Assembly: GCF_009914755.1 (NCBI RefSeq)
Contig: NC_060926.1
Strand: one strand, 5' to 3'
Length of the DNA stretch: 64,000 bases
From: the human T2T-CHM13v2.0 reference genome, Homo sapiens
In this document: positions 55,696 through 64,000 of the stretch, piece by piece
How positions within the stretch are numbered: the stretch's first letter is position 1
Layout: every line of letters starts with the position of its first letter
The notes under the pieces: model-generated
Databases searched by the model: none
What the model saw: the letters and a program-made list of their open reading frames with translations, nothing else
Told to the model about the DNA's origin: nothing
Program-made: the position numbers and the translations under genes

Positions 55696-57619
55696 GCATC
55701 ATTTCAGAATTTTAAGTCAACTTACAAATGTGGTATTATTCACATCTGAGTACAAATTTAGGACTACTATCATTTATTGAGTATACAAATATTTATAAAG
55801 ATCACTATTTTTGTATAAGAAGTGGCCTTAAAATTAATTGGTAGCAATACATAATCCACTTTAGATTATCCAATAAAACAGTTTTGGCTTTCAATTAAAA
55901 TTAATGTGTGTGTATGGTACATGTTTGCACAAAAACCACTTCATTGGAACAAAGAACGATTTGTTGTTGGATTACATTTCTAGTTCTTCATCCCTAGCCA
56001 AAATGACATTTTTAAACATTAATGTAACCTTTGTGATAAAAGCAGATTAAATCGATGGTATATATGTGATCCAGTTTTGCCTGTTTCTTAAAGCTAACAA
56101 TTCATAATTCATTTGGTCATAAATGTTATAACACTAAAAGACACATAAGCTTTTTATAAAGGGATAATATATCTAAAGCTAATATTTTCATTTTGCAAAG
56201 GATAAATCTGAATGAAAGACACAGAAAGACTTGAAAGATCAAACAAAACATTATATGATCACTGGCTACTAAAAAATAAACTTTTACTTACAGTTTTCAG
56301 ATAAACATGTCTAATATTTTAATAATCTCAAATAAAGTAAATATTTCCAGAAAACCTAGAAAGATGATGAAAAAGGGTGTATATAATGCATACTCAAATC
56401 TAATTTTAAGTTAATGTAATTGTATATATCAAATGACCAATAGCAATGAGTCCATTATTTATTATAAAGATATTTTTGACCAAACTTCCTCAAAATACTA
56501 CATGAAAAACTGATAAATGCAAATTCAATGTAAAAATATTTGAATTTTGAAATAAAGTAAGTTCAATATAGTCATAAAAATAATGAAATAGCAAATAAGT
56601 AAGAACATTTTCTTATTTGAAGATGGAAGACAGTGCTGAAATCTGATGCTTTAATTATGTTTTGTTTGAAATGTAAAATATTGAGTAAAATGTATTATTA
56701 TCTTACTACAATTTGTTTTCACTAATAGTTCTTTTTAACAAGAATCTTTTGGAAACTGAACAAATCATAAAGAACTTAAAAGACAATTGGACTGCTCTAG
56801 GTAGAACATTGTCACTTTTCATTAATGTTCTTTTATGCTGCTTGAAGATCAATCATATTCTATACCATCTAGTAAAAAAAGATCAGTTTCTACATGGAGT
56901 GAAATGCTTTGTATGTGCTTTACATCATGAATAAATACAATCACAGATTTGTTTATCTTTCTGTATCATCTAATTCAGAAGATAAAAATTGCATATTTGC
57001 TATGTTCTAACTTTGCTGTTAGGAATTAAAAAACAATATTCTATGGCTATGAAAATTTTTCTTTCAGAGAAAGAAAAACTCCAGAGTAGCTTTTCTTATT
57101 GGAAAATAGTTTTCCCTGAGGAACTGTCATAACTAGTCCTCAGCCCCTGTCAAGTCTGCAGAGTCCTTTCAAGAAGCTCACTGTAGGCAAGACAAGAGTA
57201 GTACTTCTTCCCTATTTTACACTACCTGAGGAACTCACTACCTCTCATGTCTAGGATACTACCATCTTTAATCTTTCTCATTATCCTCACTTAGAACCTT
57301 TCCATATGCAAAACATTTACTAAGAGCTTCACCAAAGGAATTAAAGAACATGCTTTTTGCAGAGCTGCCTCCACAAGATACAAGGAAATCAGACGCAATA
57401 GCAAAATGATTTTTTTGTTGAGACAGAAATTAGGTGAGTAGCATTTTAATGGATATAGTAAATATCAGATAAACCAAAGTTTAAAGAAGCCCTCAAAACT
57501 GGGAGGAATAATTACCTCAAATAGTTATATGTCATTTTCTTCATCTGGAAATAATAGTCTAATGTATTCTATAGCAAGTTCTCTTTCATTGTGAAATACT
57601 TTACATGATAATAATTATC

Positions 57620-57850
57620 ATAATAATAGCTAATATTTATTGTGAGCTCAGTTTTTAAAGTGTCAGTCACTGAGTTAAAGGCTTTATATAAATTATCTCA
57701 TTTAACCCTCATTATAATTTGTGAGCTAAGTATTATAATTACTGATACCATCTCACAGACCAAAAGAGTGAGGCATGTATCAGATCACACACAGACAATA
57801 ATACAAGAAATGACTAACAAATCAGACCAACATGCTACACTGCTTCCCTA
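57620..57850 (-). mobile_element. MIR SINE
   Basis: taataatagctaatatttattg...attatctcatttaaccctc. Confidence 0.7.
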
Positions 57851-60689
57851 CATTATAAATGAGGCAGGAGCTCACAGCTCATAATGACATCAATTACTTT
57901 TGCCATACATTTTGGAATCATTATGGTTCATTAAATCCTAATATTGGTATTAATGCTGGCCAATCCCTTTTTGAAGAATGCAATGATTATCTTCTCAATT
58001 TTAAGAAACAATTTATGGGAAGGTTTAAGTTGTTTACAAATATGTAATATGAAAAAGTATGTAAAGTACTCATTGTTTTAGAAACCATATAAAAAGGCAT
58101 ACATTCTCATTAAATGCATGTATTTCTTCCACGAATATTTGAGTGTCGACCATGTAAAAGGAACTGTCCTAGGTGCTGTGAAACCTTCCCCTGAGATTTT
58201 CCTTTGAGTCTCATTACTGAATATCTATATATAATAATGGCAGGGACACAGAGGTAATGATATAGCATTATTTAGAAATAATAGCCCATATAATGCCAGC
58301 ACGGTATCACCATCTTAGGCATCAGAATAAGCAGCAGGCCCCTGGAAACAGATTTCAAGCACTAATGAGCAGTGATAGCCAACCAAACAGCAGTCTGTTG
58401 TTTGAAAAAGATTGGTGAATCTTTATAATAGTTTTTCACAAACTATCTATCTCTTTCAATTCAGTTTGTTTTGTGCATAATACTGCTGCATAGCACAGCA
58501 GAAATTTTGTTTGTTTCAAGTTTGACATTTTAACTACCCTGTCCTACATTAAATCAGTTGGAGATAGTCTTCAAATGTGACTCACAGAAAACAGCAAATC
58601 TTTTCACTAAAATATAAACTCATAGCCCCACATTTTCATTTCCCCCTCCCTTGTTACCTAAATCATTGAAGCAAAAATGAGAAAAGTCATTACATCAGAG
58701 AATTAGTTCGCCCAAGCAGTAGCCTCAAACCACAGGTTAATTTAAACTGTTCACATATAATTACTTAAAAGAGGAAAGGATTCATTACTTTTGTGGTGTT
58801 TGCTGGTTCACTGCACCATTGTTGGAGATTGTCAATAAACAAATTACATCTAACACTGTACCCTTCTGCTGAACAGTCCCCTGAGAATATCAACTTGCAC
58901 ACTATGCTTTCTTTCATTTTGTGTGTGTGACCCATATTCACATGCTCTTGATTTTAACATTTTAAAACACTGTCAATTACATAAAACCAATCTAAGCAGT
59001 CAAATATAAATAGGACTATTAAATAAAACATATATGTTGTTATACAGGGTTCGCATGTTTTTTAAGCAAGAGCTTCACAAATGTGACCCTAAAATTTTAG
59101 GTAGAGTAGTACATCTGAATTTTTCTTGTGAGAATGTCCTTAACTTTGATTAGATTTTTAAAATATCCCAGCCTACAAAAAATATCAAGAAAACTGTTTT
59201 GAATAATGACTAAAAACTAAGAAAGCAGTAAATCGAGATGTGATAAGAGGAGTGGGGTGACAGGAACCACTTATTCACCACAAACAAGGGGCCAGAGTTA
59301 AATATATCTACTATGTTATCTCATGAGATGCTCAAAACATAAGGGTGATAGAACTACCTCGATTTTTAGATGAACCATTAACAATGGACTAAGAGAACCT
59401 GCGTTCGAATCTTAATGTTTTTGACTCTTGCGTAAACGTATCCCTTTAATGTGCAAATATCACTAATTCTGTCTGTTTCACTCAGACATTATAAAGATAA
59501 ATTTTAGAAAAATACCGCAATACCTCTACATGTGCTTCACTCAGGTCTCTATAAAGTAAAGATGCTTTATAGGTAACAGTTTTGATTCAAAAAGATGTCT
59601 GGAAAGCAAAATATTTCTTCATTGATGTCCTTTATTAAACAAGAATATGCTTCCATTAAAAGTGTTTCCCATAAACTATGTTAAAAGATTTGTACAGTTA
59701 AGTAGTTAGTACTTGGCTGGATCATTATTGTTAGATAGTTTGCATTGATATGCTTTTTTTTTTTTTAGCACTTTCAAAACATTATAAACCTTTCCTTTCC
59801 TGATTCAAGGACCTGCCTTCATCTTACCATGTCTTCCTCTATAACAGTTATACTCTAATATCTGAAAATCCCCAGATATTATATTATCGCTTCTATTTTT
59901 CCTTTTCTTTGTTTTTTCTTACAATGTTAAACAAAAAGAAACTTAAGCATCACACGTATTCATTAGGCATATCCCAATTCCCTGTAATGTATAACCTGAA
60001 AATTTTAAATAGGGTAAAATGAATTGAATTAAAGATTAGAGACCAATATATCTCACTGAACAAAATACGAGCACTGTAATACATCTCACAAATTTGTCTT
60101 AATCTGTGTTATATCATGTGACTCTGAAATAGTTTATTCAATCAACTAATATTAATTAAGCATTTAATTTGACCAGTCATCCTGCTAGGTGTTGGACATA
60201 TCTTGGTAAACATGACAAATTTGGAACTCTCTCCAGTGTAGTAACTTTTGTAACAGGACCTAATATTGTCAGTACTGATGCATATGGATTCATAGATTAC
60301 ACACCACACACTTCTAGGCATTACCGTTTGCACATACAATATTAATGGTCCCCCCATGCAAGTTCCCTCAGAGGTCCTGAAATCCATATGTCATCATAAT
60401 TCTCTGCTTCTTAAAAATGAATATGTGGCCCAGGAGGCATGTAACTTATAGGGTAAACATAGTTTTGAGCTTTGAAAAATAACATCACATCTTATTTTTT
60501 AAAATAAAAACATAAAGTTGAAAATCCACATACAACTTTTAAGATAAAAGACTTTCAAGAAATGCAACGCTATTGAGAAGGGTAACATTGGCAGGGGTAT
60601 CCTATGTCACTAAGGATATAAGACATACTTGACCAATACTGTGCCTTGTTGCTTTTGATACACTCTCATTATAACCATTAGCTAATGTG

Positions 60690-60880
60690 GGGTAGTTGGA
60701 ATATCATCTGATTTAAATTTGGGCTGATTGATTATGCCATTTACTAGACATGTGATCTTGGGCAAGTTACTTAAATGTTGTGAACCTCAGTTTACCCATT
60801 TGTATTATGAAGCCAACACTACCTTCTTCAATAAACTTCACTGGGGTTTTATATCTAGATCACCTGGTACACAGGAAATT
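60690..60880 (+). mobile_element. MIR SINE
   Basis: tgccatttactagacatgtgatcttgggcaagttacttaa...aacctcagtttacccatttgta. Confidence 0.75.
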
Positions 60881-61567
60881 GAGAAAAGTCATCAGTTCTT
60901 TACATCTCTCCCTGGAGTTATTAGATATGTGCTGATAAGAAGACAATATATTTAATACAAATGTTTAATAATTGCTTGACATAAGCTATAGAGTAGACAT
61001 AAGGTATTTATATAAAATCTCCTTGTTGTATAATATCTACTCTAGCAGTGTTCAGTATAACAGAATCAATCTTGTGGTATAACAGCTATTCTTCCACAAC
61101 TGCATGTGTTTGAATTTACAAGCCATCAAAATAAGGGGTGAATTAGAGTCCATTTTATTACCTCATATAATTGCAGTACGATAAAACATTGGCAAAATAT
61201 GAGTTTCAGAATTTTCTAAGCAATCACCTTCTCTATTTTTATTAGGGAAGCAGTATCTCAAAAGTCAAATAATTTCTGTAATTGAAGAAAGAGATGAATG
61301 GCTCTTGTGAACCTCCAAAAGGATAAAATGTTATGATCTTCTGTAAAACATGAATAAATATTTTAGATTTGCCTAAGTAATTAGTGGGATTTTATTTTAA
61401 GATAGCACTTATTGTGATTGTTAAGAAAACACACATGAGCATGTATTTCATTTCCATTTAAATGAATTATCTTTCCTTAATTCTGAAGCTATCATTTCTA
61501 TGTATAGACATAAAAAATTGTTTATCCCAACAAGTAATAGAGGAGATTCACTCCTGAAAAGGTGTTT

Positions 61568-61680
61568 AGGAAGAAAAGATGAAAGAGGGGGAGGAGAAAG
61601 AAGAATAAAGGAAGCAGAAGAGAAAGAAGAGAGGATGAGGGAAAAATGGGGAAAGAAGAGGAGTGTAGGGAGAAAGAAAG
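61568..61680. repeat. GA-rich low-complexity tract
   Basis: Almost pure purine run: aggaagaaaagatgaaagagggggaggagaaagaag... Confidence 0.8.
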
Positions 61681-63532
61681 ACCTAAGTTTATTATTTTCT
61701 TAGGTGGAGGAAGATTCACATTTGCATTCCAGGGGTAAGTGGACCAAAAGGAGGCAGAAAACCACCCTGAATTATCCCATCATCGCTTAACTGTCTTTTA
61801 TAGAAAGGGCAGGAAAAGCAGTGCCTTTCAGCAAAAGTGAGCATTTCTCCATATTTCTGTCTCCTTCAGTGCTTAATGGATTAGGGAGCTTCAGACAGGA
61901 GGGATGTTCAGGATTTCTCCCTATTTCACTTTATTGACAAAACACTCCAATTATGTATATTTGATTATACCCTCTGCTAGATCATGTCAGTATAGGAATG
62001 GATCTTTATCCACAGCTATAAAGACATTTATTACTTTCTAACAGACTTAAGTTCACAAATTGGGAGGAACTTTGTTCTACTGATATTTGATCCTTGTAAA
62101 TCCTGAGAACAGACTCTATTTATCTAGCACGTGTTTAATACTGCTTAAGCCCTGAAAGTTGTAAAAATTGGAAGTAGTCTTATGGAAGTCTTCCTGAATG
62201 TTAAATACATCTTAGAATTACAGTTTAATTTTGTAATAGATTACTTATTCAAGCCACTATATTTTTAATATGTGACTACATTTCCCAAAAGTATAGTTAG
62301 TTTTGATGAGTCCAAATCAAGTATTATTGATCAAGAACTCAGAATTGAGTAGTTTTAAAATAAAGACAAATATTTGAAATCAGAGTCAGCTTTTGCTACT
62401 AGCCATGTTCTTGTTTTCACAAAGCCATGTTTTCCCTGAGACACTTAGCTGATCTTATAAATATTTAATGCAGGGTAGAAGTGCAGGGAAGAAGAAATAT
62501 CTTTTGAAATGGACTCTATAACAAAATTAAAAGTAGGAACAATGGAAACAGGGGAAAACCAACTAAAGACAAATGATTTAAAAAATAGATAACTTTCCTA
62601 ATTTTTCAACTCAAGAAGTAGAAAATATACTATCTTCCTTCTTTTATACTTATGCTTTGATTTCTACAGAGACATGATAAGCAATATCAGATACTGGAGA
62701 TTTCAAACTATACGTATACCAGCAATTTTGTTGTGGAGAATGTGACTTGGTCAAAATGCTTTCAGCAGAATCAAAACTAAGGGATGTTTAGAAATTCAAG
62801 AAGAATGTGGAAGAAGAAATTATAAAATATTTCTGTACAACCGGTGGTGGTAGAGGAGAGGTGTTTGGCAACGTGTATTTTAGAACCAATCACGGAAAGC
62901 CCGTGAAACTAATTCTCTCCCAATTTCCCCTGCCATTCCAAACTATACCTGAATATGGAAACATTCTAATAAACTAGTAACAAAAATACTTTGTTCAATG
63001 TCTTAGAAAATTTATTCCACACACTAAAGTCAACATGCATGAGAACACGTTTGGCCTGTGTCTGGGCTGGCCTGGGCAAATGGTACTGGCTTGATAAAGA
63101 ACACATATTTTTTTTATTTGTAGCATATCCAGAGACTTATTTCTACCAATCAATCTAGGTGTCCAAATGTATTCTTAGCCACCCCCACAGAAATTGCCCA
63201 AAATGTGCCAAGTTATTGAAAAAGCATCAATGAGCATTTGATTTCTCATACAAGACATAAATCAGAACTGGACCAGAATCTAATGATGCCACAAGGGTGG
63301 AAGGTTGACACAAAATTCACATGGCCATTTTCCACCCTGTAAGGTTTCCATATTTAGTCCTCAAGAACCTGAGCCCTTCTAGTAACTAAAAAAGCTAAAG
63401 TTCTTTAGAGCAATTTCAATAGAGAAGAAATATTGAAACCTACAATAAAAAAACAGTGTCTAGAAACCTAATTTATATGTAATCAGAGAAAGATTAGAAT
63501 CCATAACAATTCTAAATATTAATTTTAGCATT

Positions 63533-63597
63533 GTGTGTATATGTTAGTATATATGTGTGTATGCGTACATGTCTGTGTGTGTGTGTATATATATATA
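63533..63597. repeat. (TG)n(TA)n compound microsatellite
   Basis: gtgtgtatatg...gtgtgtgtgtgtatatatatata. Confidence 0.75.
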
Positions 63598-64000
63598 ATT
63601 AGCCAATAACAAGAGAGAAATATAAATTTAACATTAAAATACTAATAAGGCACTTAAAATATTTTCTTCATATAAAAAAGAAAAATATTTATTGAAACTT
63701 ATGAATGCCCAACTTATAAATGCCAAATATTTTATTATTTTATAATGGTTGATCCAGTCTCCTTTCTTTTGAAACCAGATACAATAATAACTAAGACTTC
63801 TTGATTTTTGTACATTTAGCAGAACCAAATCTATTCCCTAAGTCATTACTCTTTTCGGAGAGCCAGTACTCCCAAAATAAAGAAAAACTAATTGGTCTAT
63901 TATCAGTATTAATGTATGCTGTTTAGTGAGGACGTACTCTAAACAAGACACTTTGTGAAATACTGTGCATAAATTATCTTGGTTAATATATTAATGATTT

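Noticed and set aside
55680-55750. tgatgaa...ctga resembling a C/D box snoRNA
   Set aside because: Overlaps the end of an LTR33-like remnant; no terminal stem or recognisable guide
61500-61719. E/K/R-rich and F/L/S-rich ORFs
   Set aside because: Products of a GA-rich low-complexity tract that lacks stop codons

Overview
AT-rich primate (probably human) non-coding DNA. Alu, L1PA, MIR, L2, MER/Tigger and MaLR/ERV LTR repeats are interspersed with long repeat-free stretches, as in a large intron or gene desert. I could not recognise any protein-coding exon, tRNA, rRNA or known miRNA, and I cannot name the locus. The supplied ORFs are Alu- or L1-derived or chance ORFs. Repeat family names are from memory of consensus sequences and need RepeatMasker/Dfam confirmation. 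The most notable observations: (1) a ~185-bp copy of sequence from 37.5 kb (~90% identical) inserted into a MIR at 32.2 kb between 10-bp direct repeats; (2) the same MIR also carries a Tigger2-family transposon, which in turn contains a 5'-inverted L1PA missing ~3 kb at the inversion; (3) a zone at ~45.2-47.8 kb where old repeats retain unusually many CpGs around an LTR47-like solo LTR, a candidate germline LTR promoter; (4) several candidate conserved enhancers and lncRNA-like exons. I see no solid evidence for a new biological system.
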